NCBI GenBank assembly: GCA_945861065.1
Contig: CAMASI010000012.1
Span: 8,139 to 72,138, forward strand
Direction of reading: 5' to 3'
DNA from: Klebsiella pneumoniae
GTDB lineage: Bacteria; Myxococcota_A; UBA796; GCA-2862545
DNA length: 64,000 nt
The notes beneath the pieces were generated by a model. It searched no databases, had not been told where the DNA came from, and saw only the letters and a list, made by a program, of their open reading frames with translations. Positions 52,442 through 61,692 of the stretch are shown in pieces. The translations under genes were made by a program, and so were the position numbers. Each line of letters starts with the position of its first letter. Position 1 is the first letter of the stretch.

Positions 52442-53509
52442 ATGTGGGGGTTGTTCGCCTGCGCCCTGGTTGCCAAACAGTGGGACGACGTGGAGGAGTT
52501 CCCGATCCTTGTGGACCCTGACTTCGTGGAGCCTGCGCCGCTGAACGGCATTCTGCGAGTATTGACGTGGAATATCAAATTCGGTGGCGGCAGGACGGAT
52601 TTCTTTTGGGACGGTTGGGGCGACGAGAACCGCATAGATTCCATGGAAGTCGAGCGCAACCTGGAGGCCGTCGCCGCGCTGCTGGCGGAAATCGACGCAG
52701 ACGTCGTCCTGCTGCAAGAAGTCGACGTGGACAGTCGCCGAACCAGCCATGTGGACGAGTCGGATTGGCTGCTCACCCACACGCCGTACAACTACGCGGC
52801 CTGGGTACCCAATTGGGATGTCAACTACGCGCCCGAGGAGGGGCTGGGTGAGGTGACGATGGGAAACGTCATCCTCGCCAAACACGAATTGACCCGCAAT
52901 ACGCGCATCGACCAACCTCAAAGCGAATCGCAATCGGCACTGGTGAACTGGTTCTACCTGCATCGCGCGATTCAGGTTTCCGAGGTCGTCCTGCCCGACG
53001 TCGGACCCGTAGCGTTGCTGAATGTGCACCCGGACGCATACTCGTCGGACGGCACCAAAGAACTGCATTTGGAGCAGATTTTCGACGTGGCCGCAGACTC
53101 GCCGGAGCCCCTCGTTCTCGGAGGGGACTTCAACGAGGTTCCTCCAGGCAGCCTGAAACTCAAGGACTTTGAAGACGAGGCGCCGACCCTCGCCGGAGCC
53201 GGCGTATCGGTCGTGGAATATACAGAGGAAGAGACCCTGTGGATGATGCCCTTCTTCGACACCTGGGCCACGGAGACGCCGCTTTTGACCTACCAGACAG
53301 GCAACCTCGACACGCAATCGCGGTTTTTCTCGCATTCTGTTTCGAAAGACGTGTTGTGGACGCAAAAACTAGACTACCAATTCAGTTCATTTGAGAATGC
53401 TGGGGGTTGGGTGTTGCAATTGCCAGGCGACGGCGATCCCCCGCTCGTTTCGGTCCCTATGGATTTGTCGGACCACTGCCCGGTGTTGGCCGACTGGGTG
53501 CTTCCATGA
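52442..53509 (+). CDS. Endonuclease/exonuclease/phosphatase (EEP) family protein
   Basis: LRVLTWNIKFGGG, VVLLQEVD, LLNVHPDAYS, VLGGDFNE and LSDHCPV. Confidence 0.8.
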   Translation: MWGLFACALVAKQWDDVEEFPILVDPDFVEPAPLNGILRVLTWNIKFGGGRTDFFWDGWGDENRIDSMEVERNLEAVAALLAEIDADVVLLQEVDVDSRRTSHVDESDWLLTHTPYNYAAWVPNWDVNYAPEEGLGEVTMGNVILAKHELTRNTRIDQPQSESQSALVNWFYLHRAIQVSEVVLPDVGPVALLNVHPDAYSSDGTKELHLEQIFDVAADSPEPLVLGGDFNEVPPGSLKLKDFEDEAPTLAGAGVSVVEYTEEETLWMMPFFDTWATETPLLTYQTGNLDTQSRFFSHSVSKDVLWTQKLDYQFSSFENAGGWVLQLPGDGDPPLVSVPMDLSDHCPVLADWVLP

Positions 53510-54240
53510 TCGCATTGTGGTGCATGACCGCCTTTGCCGCGGCGCCCCTGAACAACCGCGCCGGCACGCCGTTCACCTACGGTGGCGACGGGGGCAAAGT
53601 CGCATTCGGCGTATTCCAGCCGGTAGTCGTGGGGTTGACGGACACGGTGGATTTGAGCACGTCTGGCCTCGCGACCCTTGTGGCGCCCCGCGTTGAACTG
53701 AAATGGGCAGTCGCCTCAGGCGGCGACGATCGCCTGGAGGACGGGCTGGCTGTCGTCGGCGGCTTGGGCGTGCCGACCGGTGGCTTATTGCTCTTGCGCG
53801 GGCTTGTGTTCAACGAGGAGGCGGCGATTCCCGGTGCGGTCGTGATTCGCGCGGGCGCCGTGATGGGCCTGCGCAGCGGATCGGTGACCGGCGCATTGGG
53901 CGCGGAAGTCCGTGGCGCCATCGAGGGGGGTGAGGACAGCCTGCGCCCCACCGGCTTGTGGTTCCTGGACCCCATGCTCGCACCGGTCACCGAGGGCCCC
54001 GTGGCTGCGATTCGCGGGGTATTTGACGTGGGCTGGGCCGACGACAAGTTCGACCTCACCGTAGATGCGCACGTGCAGGTTGGCGGGCAGGGCACGGATG
54101 GCGTCGCGCGCATACTGGTGGCGGTCCGGCCGGCGTCGGCCTTTGCGATCGCGGCGGGCGCGGCGGGAACCGTCGAATCTGGAGATGACGGCGTAGACGC
54201 ATGGGGCGCCCCGATCGGGGACCTGCTTTTTCGATTCTAA
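53506..54240 (+). CDS. Secreted beta-rich protein, outer-membrane-barrel-like, ending in ...LLFRF
   Basis: The ATG overlaps the EEP stop (ATGA). Signal peptide MIALWCMTAFAAAP, G/A/V-rich alternating segments and a terminal aromatic residue. Confidence 0.5.
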   Translation: MIALWCMTAFAAAPLNNRAGTPFTYGGDGGKVAFGVFQPVVVGLTDTVDLSTSGLATLVAPRVELKWAVASGGDDRLEDGLAVVGGLGVPTGGLLLLRGLVFNEEAAIPGAVVIRAGAVMGLRSGSVTGALGAEVRGAIEGGEDSLRPTGLWFLDPMLAPVTEGPVAAIRGVFDVGWADDKFDLTVDAHVQVGGQGTDGVARILVAVRPASAFAIAAGAAGTVESGDDGVDAWGAPIGDLLFRF

Positions 54241-54329
54241 ACGATTCTTGCGCTCCAAGCTGCCCCCGTTGGCCTGAGCCCAGCGGTCGGCGCCTCGGAG
54301 TTTTCGTCGGGCTGTGCGCTGAAATGTGT

Positions 54330-54761
54330 TTACGCCTCGATTGCGCGCAAGTAGCCCTGTGCAGCGTAGCCGAGTAACGAACGATCCCGGGTGACGAGGA
54401 TCGCGCCCTCGTGACGCGCGGTCGCCGCGATGATGCGATCCGCGGGATCTCCGTGAAGGTCGCCGGGCAGACGGGTGCTGGCGACGGCGACCTCTGGCGA
54501 CAACGGAAGCACCCGAAGTCCCGCTCGACGCGTCGCTTCGGCCACCCATTCCAGGCAGTCCATCTGGAGCTGAAGGCGCCCTTTGGCTTCCAGCATCGCC
54601 ACCTCCCAAATGGAGATTGCGGACACGGCCAGCGCCGACGCGGCGCAAGCACGACGGATGGCGTCGGTGGCGCCTCCGAGCAGGGGTTCGGGACCCCCAT
54701 TCACGAGCCAGATCCACACGTGCGTGTCGAGGATGAGGAGATCTACTGATCCGCTTCCCAC
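54330..54761 (-). CDS. vapC: PIN-domain toxin (VapC-like)
   Basis: LLILDTHVWIWL...SAISIWEVAML...GDPADRIIAATA...LVTRD. Confidence 0.8.
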   Translation of the reverse strand: MGSGSVDLLILDTHVWIWLVNGGPEPLLGGATDAIRRACAASALAVSAISIWEVAMLEAKGRLQLQMDCLEWVAEATRRAGLRVLPLSPEVAVASTRLPGDLHGDPADRIIAATARHEGAILVTRDRSLLGYAAQGYLRAIEA

Positions 54762-54991
54762 GGCGCCTCCAGCGGCGCGACGAGGTCACCGACCACCGTG
54801 ACGGTGCCGCGCATACAACCGAACACCTCTCGGGCCCCGGCGACGGTGACAGGTACGAGCCTGGCCACGGGCCGCCCGCGCTTCGTGATCACCAGCTCTC
54901 GCCCCGATTCCTCAACCTCGTCCATGAGCTGCAAACAGCGCGCCTTGAACTCTCCCGCCGGAATATTCATGGCACGCCTCACCATGGTCAT
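54743..54991 (-). CDS. Phd/YefM-family antitoxin
   Basis: IPAGEFKARCLQLMDEVEESGRELVITKRGRPVARLVPV. It overlaps the downstream PIN gene. Confidence 0.8.
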   Translation of the reverse strand: MTMVRRAMNIPAGEFKARCLQLMDEVEESGRELVITKRGRPVARLVPVTVAGAREVFGCMRGTVTVVGDLVAPLEAPWEADQ

Positions 54992-55016
54992 ATATCCATG
55001 GTCATCGCGTCGTCAA
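54982..55016 (-). promoter_or_regulatory. Possible promoter and operator of the Phd-PIN operon
   Basis: The minus strand reads TTGACG-N16-TATATG. Two direct copies of ATGACCATGG, each containing the CCATGG palindrome, lie at 54982-54991 and 54996-55005 and straddle the start codon. Confidence 0.3.
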
Positions 55017-55078
55017 GAGCGCCGTTCCTGCCATCGGTCCCCAGTCACTTCCGACGAGGGTAGGTGCCCAGTCGCGAA

Positions 55079-55540
55079 GGGGCGCGATGATCGAAAGCCG
55101 CTCCGCGATACGCCTGCCCGCACCCGATCCCGATCCCGATCCCCCTCCCGACCCGGGGCAGCGATGCCGTTCGACCATGAGAAGCTCGATGTGTACGCCG
55201 TCGCCTTGGACTTCAGCTGTCACGCGCCTCCTTGTCGATCGTACTCAATATCGAAGAAGGCGCGGGGAAGTACTCGCCCGGCGACAAGAGGCGGTACTAC
55301 CTGTCGGCATCGGGCTCCGCCACTGAGTGCGCGGCGATCCTCGATGTGTGCCGTCGCCTCAACTTCGTCCAGGACGCAACGCATCGGTCCGGAAAGGAGC
55401 AGTTCGATCGCGTCGTGGCGATGCTCGTAGCCTCGGCGAAGAAGCTCCAGAATGATCGCTGACGCTTCCAGGGGCGACGCCGGGAACGGGGTCGGGCGGG
55501 ACCGGGAGCGGGTCGGGCCCGGCTTGGGGGATCGCGCCCG
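55079..55540. repeat. Copy 2 of the roughly 0.5 kb repeat element, inverted relative to 5246-5782
   Basis: See copy 1. Both ends align, and the internal 61-bp deletion junction lies after 55214. Confidence 0.9.
55164..55462 (+). pseudogene. Four-helix-bundle (23S-IVS/Avd-like) gene disrupted by a 61-bp internal deletion
   Basis: MPFDHEKLDVYAVALDF is followed by a frame change. ..SIVLNIEEGAGKYSPGDKRRYYLSASGSATECAAILDVC continues in the +1 frame. The missing segment corresponds to LVLANGVVERLPRGRSHIGDQL of copy 1. Confidence 0.85.
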
Positions 55541-55623
55541 TCGCGAAGCCAACGCCAACAGCACCCCCCCACCCGCCGCCCCTCGCCCCACCCGGCGCAG
55601 CCCCCAGGCGGGCGGGCCCCAAC

Positions 55624-55663
55624 CCGAGGAGCCGCGTCCGAATCCGAGGAGCCGCGTCCGAAT
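55624..55663. repeat. Perfect tandem duplication of a 20-bp unit
   Basis: CCGAGGAGCCGCGTCCGAAT occurs twice back to back. Confidence 0.9.
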
Positions 55664-55970
55664 CGTCCTCCGCCCCCCAGCGTGTACTGAAGCGATTCTC
55701 AGGTCGATCATCCAGCCATCCACTTCCGGCGCCGCCTGAACTGTCGCAATCTTTCATCCAAATGCCACCACCTTGGTTACCCGCCCCGTTTTCGTCAGGA
55801 AAGACCACCATGAGCAGGTCGGAGTCCGCCTCTCGACACATCACGGTCCCATGGTCTTCGATAAATCCGCGACCAAACCCGCGGCCACCGCTTCGGGAAC
55901 CGGCGGATCACCCCAAAGCGAGGAGGATGCGGCGGAGCGCTGGTCCACCCCATGTGAGCGCCCCGTTCGC

Positions 55971-56150
55971 TTCAATGGGCCCGGCGTCGGACGCAGGGAA
56001 CAATTTGGCGCTGTCCCCTCGGCAGACGGCTACACGGAGCTCTAATTGAGCCCGGCGTCGGACACCGGGAATAATTTCACGGTGGAGCCGCGCAGGGTGG
56101 AGCGGCGCACGGTGGCTTCAATGGGGCCCGGCGTCGGACGGCAAAGGGGA
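55971..56150. repeat. Three imperfect direct repeats of about 35 bp with 71- and 76-bp periodicity
   Basis: The invariant core GCCCGGCGTCGGAC lies at 55979, 56050 and 56126. Units 1 and 3 share TTCAATGGG(G)CCCGGCGTCGGACG, and units 1 and 2 share ...GGGAA[CT]AATTT. On the minus strand the units end in CATTGAAGC. Confidence 0.6.
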
Positions 56151-56313
56151 CGAGCACGAAGCCGTCTTCCAACACCTCCGTGGCGCGGGAGTCGAAAGGC
56201 GAGGCATTCGACATCTCCGCGCTCACGCCTTCCACCGGGTGACAGGGGTGGGTCGGGTGTGGGCGCCTACCGTCCGTGGCGGCCCGCCGCCATACACCTG
56301 TTATACTACAAGC

Positions 56314-56571
56314 ATGAGTAAGCGCCTCCAGGTGGTCATGGACGAACACGAGTGGGCCGAAATCGAGGCCGTCGCCCGTCGTCACGGGCAAACGATGTCC
56401 GACTGGGTTCGCACGATCCTGCGCGCCGCCCGGCGGGACGAGCCGACACGCGCGGTGGACCGCAAGCTCGCGGCGTTGCGGGCTGCGATGCAATTCGACG
56501 GGCCCACCGCGGACATCGACCAGATGCTGGCCCAAATCGAGTCCGGGTACCCGACCGAGTTGCCGCGGTGA
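56314..56571 (+). CDS. Ribbon-helix-helix (CopG/VapB-like) antitoxin
   Basis: MSKRLQVVMDEHEWAEIEAVARRHGQTMSDWVRTILR has the RHH beta-alpha-alpha pattern. Confidence 0.75.
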   Translation: MSKRLQVVMDEHEWAEIEAVARRHGQTMSDWVRTILRAARRDEPTRAVDRKLAALRAAMQFDGPTADIDQMLAQIESGYPTELPR

Positions 56572-56969
56572 CGGTCCTCGTCGACTCGAACGTTCCGATG
56601 TACTTGGTGGGTGCGCCACACCCTCACAAGATCGACGCTCACCGCCTGGTCCAGCGGTGTATCGCCAACGGGGATCGGCTGGTGACTGACGTCGAGGTGC
56701 TCCAGGAGATCCTCCATCGCTACGTGGCGATCCAGCGCCGGGACATGATCCAGCCGGCCTTCGACGCGGTGCTGGGAATCGTTGATGACATTCTGGCCCT
56801 CGACGCCGCAGACCTCGACGCAGCCAAGGGGATCTCGCTCGGCGCGACGCGGCTCTCCGCCCGCGACGCGGTGCACGTCGCGCTGATGCGGCGACACGCG
56901 ATCGGAACGATCATGAGCTTCGACGCTGACTTCGATGTGGTGCCCGGGATCACCAGGTTGTCCCGGTAG
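56568..56969 (+). CDS. vapC: PIN-domain toxin (VapC-like)
   Basis: The GTG start overlaps the antitoxin stop (GTGA). VLVDSNVPMYL.....TDVEVLQEILHRY....SARDAVHVALM....IMSFDADFD. Confidence 0.8.
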   Translation: MTVLVDSNVPMYLVGAPHPHKIDAHRLVQRCIANGDRLVTDVEVLQEILHRYVAIQRRDMIQPAFDAVLGIVDDILALDAADLDAAKGISLGATRLSARDAVHVALMRRHAIGTIMSFDADFDVVPGITRLSR

Positions 56970-57024
56970 GTGCGTGCCACCCGTCCGTGGGGGGCGTTGT
57001 GGGAGCTAGTTCTCTCATACCTTG

Positions 57025-57500
57025 TCAAGTAGAAGGTGAGCGTAGGTCGCGCAGCCGTTGCTGCGCCCGCCCGGTGTCGTTCGTCAGCTGCTCGTGGCCA
57101 CTTGAGAGGATGTCAAGCTGGGCGCGGAGCTCCGAGTCCGGCGCCCAGGGCGAAGACTGGTGAGCCGCGCTCAGCCCCATCAACGCAAGCGTTTGGCTGT
57201 CCCGCGCATCGTCCTTTGCCCCAGAAGACTGGAGGGACTCCCCAAACCTCTTGGCCTGCTTCGGATCCACAACGTGCACGACCGCGTCGGCCGAATGGAA
57301 GAGCCGCGCCCAGCCCTCCCCGCCCGCCTCGATCATGACGTGGACATCGTGCCCCGGATGCCGTGCCTGGACCCGGGCGACCAGCTCCCGCACGCTGGAA
57401 AACTCGGCTCCGCCCCCTTGATACCGCGCACCGGACAGCCTTCCGCCGTCGTTGCACACACCACGCTGCTGGCGCTCCAGTCCGCTCCCAAGTATGCTTT
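57025..57500 (-). mobile_element. IS110-family transposase remnant (N-terminal DEDD domain only, degenerate)
   Basis: ...VHVMIEAGGEGWARLFHSADAVVHVVDPKQAKRFGESLQSSGAKDDARDSQTLALMG...LRAQLDILSSGHEQLTNDTGRAQQRLRDL matches the IS110 N-terminal domain. The first catalytic-Asp region is degenerate (GSGL instead of GIDL). The C-terminal Transposase_20 domain is missing. Confidence 0.65.
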
Positions 57501-57668
57501 CATCGTTCCTCCTTCTGGTGGAGCACGCTGCTGCGGACCGCTCGGGCAAGCCTATGAGATTCCTCGTGTCACCGCGGATCAAGGCGTCACTAAGGCCCTC
57601 TGGGTCCCCAGCAGCACCCACTCCGAAGTCCGGATGAGGCACTCGAGGTGCTGGCTCCTTGGCCGTAA

Positions 57669-58232
57669 GTGGGTGCTTGCATGCTGAGAGAAGCTAGCCT
57701 TCAGCGGTACACCCGGGCACCGCCGGACGGGACGTCAGTAGGCTCGCCGCTCGTTTACAGTCATAGACGTCACTACGGATCTGTCAAGGAAGGAATTTGC
57801 CGGCGAAGACGGCCATGTGAGGGTTTGACCATCGAGATTGGCCTGGGGCCGGCGGATGGATCCCCGGTCACAGCGGCGACCTTGGAGATCGGCGAGCATT
57901 CTTCGTTCTCCGGATCCGACAACCTAGGCGTGCTCGGCGACGTAGACGGCGATGGGTTCGTGGACATCGGGTACGCAGGGCGACACGACGGTTCGTTAGG
58001 CTACGGGCCCTTGGAGGGCGCGTGGGAAATCGACGAGCGCGCCGATGCGCGCCTCGTCGAGGGCCTGCCTGACTTGGCGCAGGCCTGGATGGCGGGGATC
58101 GGCAATCGAAACAGCGACGGCTACGATGACTTCGCCGTGGTACACCACGATAGCTCGTGGGATCCGACGTCGACGTACGCTCATCCACCTACGGCGGCCT
58201 TCCTTCTCGACGGGGCGTCACGCGCATGGTGA
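57669..58232 (+). pseudogene. FG-GAP repeat gene fragment (3' remnant)
   Basis: Only the distal part looks like a real protein (LGDVDGDGFVDIGYAG...GNRNSDGYDDFAVVHH). There is no signal peptide or credible start. It lies directly next to the IS110 remnant. Confidence 0.4.
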
Positions 58233-58270
58233 GGGCTTAGGGTTAGGACCCCGCAGGGGTCCGCCCATGC

Positions 58271-58296
58271 CTTGGTTCTTGGTTCTTGGTTCTTGG
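58271..58296. repeat. Heptanucleotide tandem repeat (CTTGGTT) x3 plus CTTGG, inside the 5' end of the giant lipoprotein gene
   Basis: The sequence reads directly as ATGC-CTTGGTT-CTTGGTT-CTTGGTT-CTTGG-CGCG. Confidence 0.95.
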
Positions 58297-61200
58297 CGCG
58301 TGGCTGGCGTGTTCGGGTGGCGGCGACGGGACGGATGCCAGCGGCGGTGCCGAGCTGTGCGGCAACGGCGTGGACGACGATGGCAACGGGCTGACTGACT
58401 GCGCCGACACCGTGTGCAGCGAGGACTGCGCCGAACAGTGCGGAAATCAGATGGACGATGACGCGGATGGTGCCATCGACTGCGTCGACAGCGATTGTGA
58501 CGGCTCCTGCACCGAGACCTGCACCGACGCACGGGACAACGATGGCGACGGTGCCATCGACTGTGCCGACAACGATTGCGACGGAGATTGTCCGGAGGAC
58601 TGTATCGACGGGCGGGACAACGACCTCGACGGCGAAGTGGACTGCGCCGACGGCGACTGCGACGGATCCTGCGATGAATTGTGTGACGACGACCACGACA
58701 ATGATGGCGACGGCGCGACCGACTGCGGCGACGGAGATTGCGCCTCCCTGTGCGACGCCGATGGCGACGGCGCAATTGCCCTTTCGCGGGGCGGCGACGA
58801 CTGCAATGACGGGGACGGCGCGGTGCACCCTGGCGCCATCGAAGTGTGCAACACGATCGACGACGACTGCGACGATCTCGTCGATGACGCCGATCCCGAC
58901 GTCGACCTGAGCACGGGGACGGCGGTGTGGGCCGACGTGGATGGCGACGACTACGGCGGGGACCCGGTGGGCTCATTCTGCGAACCCCCGCCTTTTACCA
59001 CGCCCGTTGACGGTGACTGTGACGACGAGGACCCCGCCGTCAATCCACTGGGCGAGGAGACGTGCAACGACCTGGACGACGACTGCGACGGCCTGTTCGA
59101 CGATTCGGACCCCGATGTGGACCTCGGCACGGCCTTCAACTGGTTCACGGACTTCGACCTCGACGGCTACGGCCAGGTCTTTGCCGGACGCGCGTGCGCT
59201 GCACCGCCGAACGGGACGACCATTTCTGGGGATTGCAACGACATCGACCCGGCCATTCATCCGGCGGCAACGGAGATGTGCAATTCTGGCGTGGACGACG
59301 ACTGCGACCTCGTGGCAGACGACGCAGACCCGAGCCTCGACGCCAGCTCTGCGACTGTGTGGTTCAGCGACGGTGACGACGATGGCTACGGCGTCGTCTT
59401 TGTGGACCTGAGCTGCACGGCCCCCGTGGGTTCTGCGGGCGAGCCGGGCGACTGCAACGACGCTGATGAGGGCATCCACCCCGGTGCCGTCGAGTTGTGC
59501 AATGGCAAGTTGGACGACGACTGCGACGGGCTCGCCGACGACGCCGACCCTGGCCTCGACCTGTTGTCCGCCACGATCTGGTACGTCGATGGGGATGACG
59601 ACGGCTACGGTGGCGACATCGCGGATCTGTCGTGCATCGCACCCGTGAATGCCATCGAGGACGGCACCGACTGCGACGACGCGGACGACGCGATTCATCC
59701 TGGTGCGACCGAGGTGTGCAATGACGACGTCGATGACGACTGCAACGGGCTCGTGGACGATTCGGATCCGAACCTGAACCTGGCGACCCGAACCGCCTGG
59801 TACCGGGACCTCGATGCCGACGGCTACGGGGGTGTTGCCTTGGTGGCCACAGCCTGTACGGCGCCGGTCAATACTGCCGACAACAACGACGACTGCAACG
59901 ATGGCAACGCCGCGATCAGCCCCGGCGACGTTGAAATCTGCAATAGCAATACCGACGACGACTGCGACGGGCTACTCGACATGCTCGACCCGAGCATTGA
60001 CCTGCTCACCGCGACCACTTCGTGGGATGACGACGATCGAGACGGCTTCGGAAACCCAAACGCCATCCACGTGTTGTGTTCGCTCCCGCTCGGCGCCTCG
60101 CTCAACGATGACGACTGCGACGACAGCGACCGCGACGTCAATCCAGACGCGACCGAGATCTGCAACGCGAACGCGGACGATGACTGCGACGGACTCGCGG
60201 ATGATGCGGACGCGTCCACGGATCTGTCCACGGGTATCGATTGGTTCACGGACCTCGACAACGACAACTTTGGCGACCCGCTGGCGCCTGACGCTTCTTG
60301 TGTGCTGCCGGGAATTGGGTCGCTCAACGACGACGACTGCGACGACAGCGACGCTTCCATCAGCCCGGCCGACCCGGAGGCCTGCGAAGGCTTCGACAAT
60401 GACTGCGACGCCCTCATCGACGACGCGGATCCAGGCGTTTCTGTGGCGCTGCGCGACTGGTTCCCGGATGCCGACGGCGATCTGCTCGGCGACGCAACTG
60501 GGCTCGTCGAAGCCTGTCTGGCGCCCCTCGGTTTCGTTGCGGATGACACGGATTGCGACGATCTGGACGCCTTCGTGCTCGGACCCTTTCCCTGGGCCAA
60601 GGACCTCGACGTGGACGGCTTCGGCAACCCGATCGGTATCGCCTGCACGGCCCCGTTGGTGGGGTGGGTCCCGGTCTCGGCGACCCTCGATTGCGACGAC
60701 AGCGATCCCGAGGTGTCGCCGGTTGGCGTCGAAGTGTGCAATGGCGGCGTAGACGACGACTGCGATGGGTTGGAAGACGACGCCGACCCGTCGGTGGACC
60801 TGACAGATGGAATCACGTTCTGGCGCGATGTGGACGAAGACCGATTTGGCGACATCGACGGCGCCACAGGCTTGGTGTGCGCGCTGTCGGCGGGCATCGC
60901 CGGCAACCCCGACGACTGCGATGACGGCGACGCGGGCGTGAATCCCGATGCCGTCGAGATTTGCAACGGGGGCGTCGACGACAATTGTGACGGTCTCGCC
61001 GATGATGACGACCCTTCTGTGATTGGCATGCGCGATTGGTTCGAGGACGCTGACTCCGACGGGTTGGGCAATGACGCGGTCTCGGTGCTCGCCTGCGCGG
61101 CACCGGTGGGCTTCGTGAGCGGGAGCACCGACTGCGACGATACCGACGCCGCCGTAGGCGCGCCGAGCTTCTGGGGCGTGGATGCGGACGCCGATGGCTT

Positions 61201-61681
61201 TGGTTTCGCTCCGGTGGTCGCTTGTGAGGGGGGTCTCGGCGCCGTTGCGCTCGTGAGTACCGACGTGGACTGCGACGATTCCGATCCACTGACGAATCCC
61301 GATGGCGTGGACGTGTGCGGCGACGGCCTCGATCAGGATTGCAGCGGCGCCGACAAGAGCTGCGTCGCCGCGCTCATCGGTCGATTCCGAATCACCGACG
61401 GGCCGAGTTGGACGGGTGACCCAGACACGTTCACCTGCCTCGAAGCCTGTGCGGAGGTCTTCGGCGGACTCTCTACGGACTACGCGTGCTCGACCGACGG
61501 CGCGGCTGTGGACAACCAGTCCTTCGTGGATGGGTGGGGCGATGACACGTTCTGCACGTCGCCGAAGCCGGAGACCTTCAAGAAGAACACGCACTATGAT
61601 TGCGGCGCCGTAGGCTGTTCCTACTCGGCCTACGTGACCGATCACGGCTGCACGACCTTCAACTACTGCTTCCTGCTGTAA
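58286..61681 (+). CDS. Giant lipoprotein: N-terminal DNDGDG..DC.D.DC modules, then about 13 'putative metal-binding motif' (MopE-like) units and a Cys-rich C-terminal domain
   Basis: The lipobox LACSGG is reached only from a TTG at 58286. Repeats have the form W..D.DGDGYG.....C..P......DCDD.D..I.PGA.E.CN..DDDCDG..DD.DP. Confidence 0.75.
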   Translation: MVLGAWLACSGGGDGTDASGGAELCGNGVDDDGNGLTDCADTVCSEDCAEQCGNQMDDDADGAIDCVDSDCDGSCTETCTDARDNDGDGAIDCADNDCDGDCPEDCIDGRDNDLDGEVDCADGDCDGSCDELCDDDHDNDGDGATDCGDGDCASLCDADGDGAIALSRGGDDCNDGDGAVHPGAIEVCNTIDDDCDDLVDDADPDVDLSTGTAVWADVDGDDYGGDPVGSFCEPPPFTTPVDGDCDDEDPAVNPLGEETCNDLDDDCDGLFDDSDPDVDLGTAFNWFTDFDLDGYGQVFAGRACAAPPNGTTISGDCNDIDPAIHPAATEMCNSGVDDDCDLVADDADPSLDASSATVWFSDGDDDGYGVVFVDLSCTAPVGSAGEPGDCNDADEGIHPGAVELCNGKLDDDCDGLADDADPGLDLLSATIWYVDGDDDGYGGDIADLSCIAPVNAIEDGTDCDDADDAIHPGATEVCNDDVDDDCNGLVDDSDPNLNLATRTAWYRDLDADGYGGVALVATACTAPVNTADNNDDCNDGNAAISPGDVEICNSNTDDDCDGLLDMLDPSIDLLTATTSWDDDDRDGFGNPNAIHVLCSLPLGASLNDDDCDDSDRDVNPDATEICNANADDDCDGLADDADASTDLSTGIDWFTDLDNDNFGDPLAPDASCVLPGIGSLNDDDCDDSDASISPADPEACEGFDNDCDALIDDADPGVSVALRDWFPDADGDLLGDATGLVEACLAPLGFVADDTDCDDLDAFVLGPFPWAKDLDVDGFGNPIGIACTAPLVGWVPVSATLDCDDSDPEVSPVGVEVCNGGVDDDCDGLEDDADPSVDLTDGITFWRDVDEDRFGDIDGATGLVCALSAGIAGNPDDCDDGDAGVNPDAVEICNGGVDDNCDGLADDDDPSVIGMRDWFEDADSDGLGNDAVSVLACAAPVGFVSGSTDCDDTDAAVGAPSFWGVDADADGFGFAPVVACEGGLGAVALVSTDVDCDDSDPLTNPDGVDVCGDGLDQDCSGADKSCVAALIGRFRITDGPSWTGDPDTFTCLEACAEVFGGLSTDYACSTDGAAVDNQSFVDGWGDDTFCTSPKPETFKKNTHYDCGAVGCSYSAYVTDHGCTTFNYCFLL

Positions 61682-61692
61682 TCGGAGCCGCC

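Noticed and set aside
5246-55540. The 49-kb segment between the inverted repeat copies as a composite transposon or mobile island
   Set aside because: The interior contains essential single-copy housekeeping genes (gltA, ftsH, tilS, der). The repeats carry no transposase. Inversion substrate is the more defensible reading.
55971-56150. Calling the three repeats a bona fide CRISPR array
   Set aside because: There are only three units, repeat identity outside a 14-nt core is low, and no cas genes lie within 64 kb. It is kept as a low-confidence observation only.
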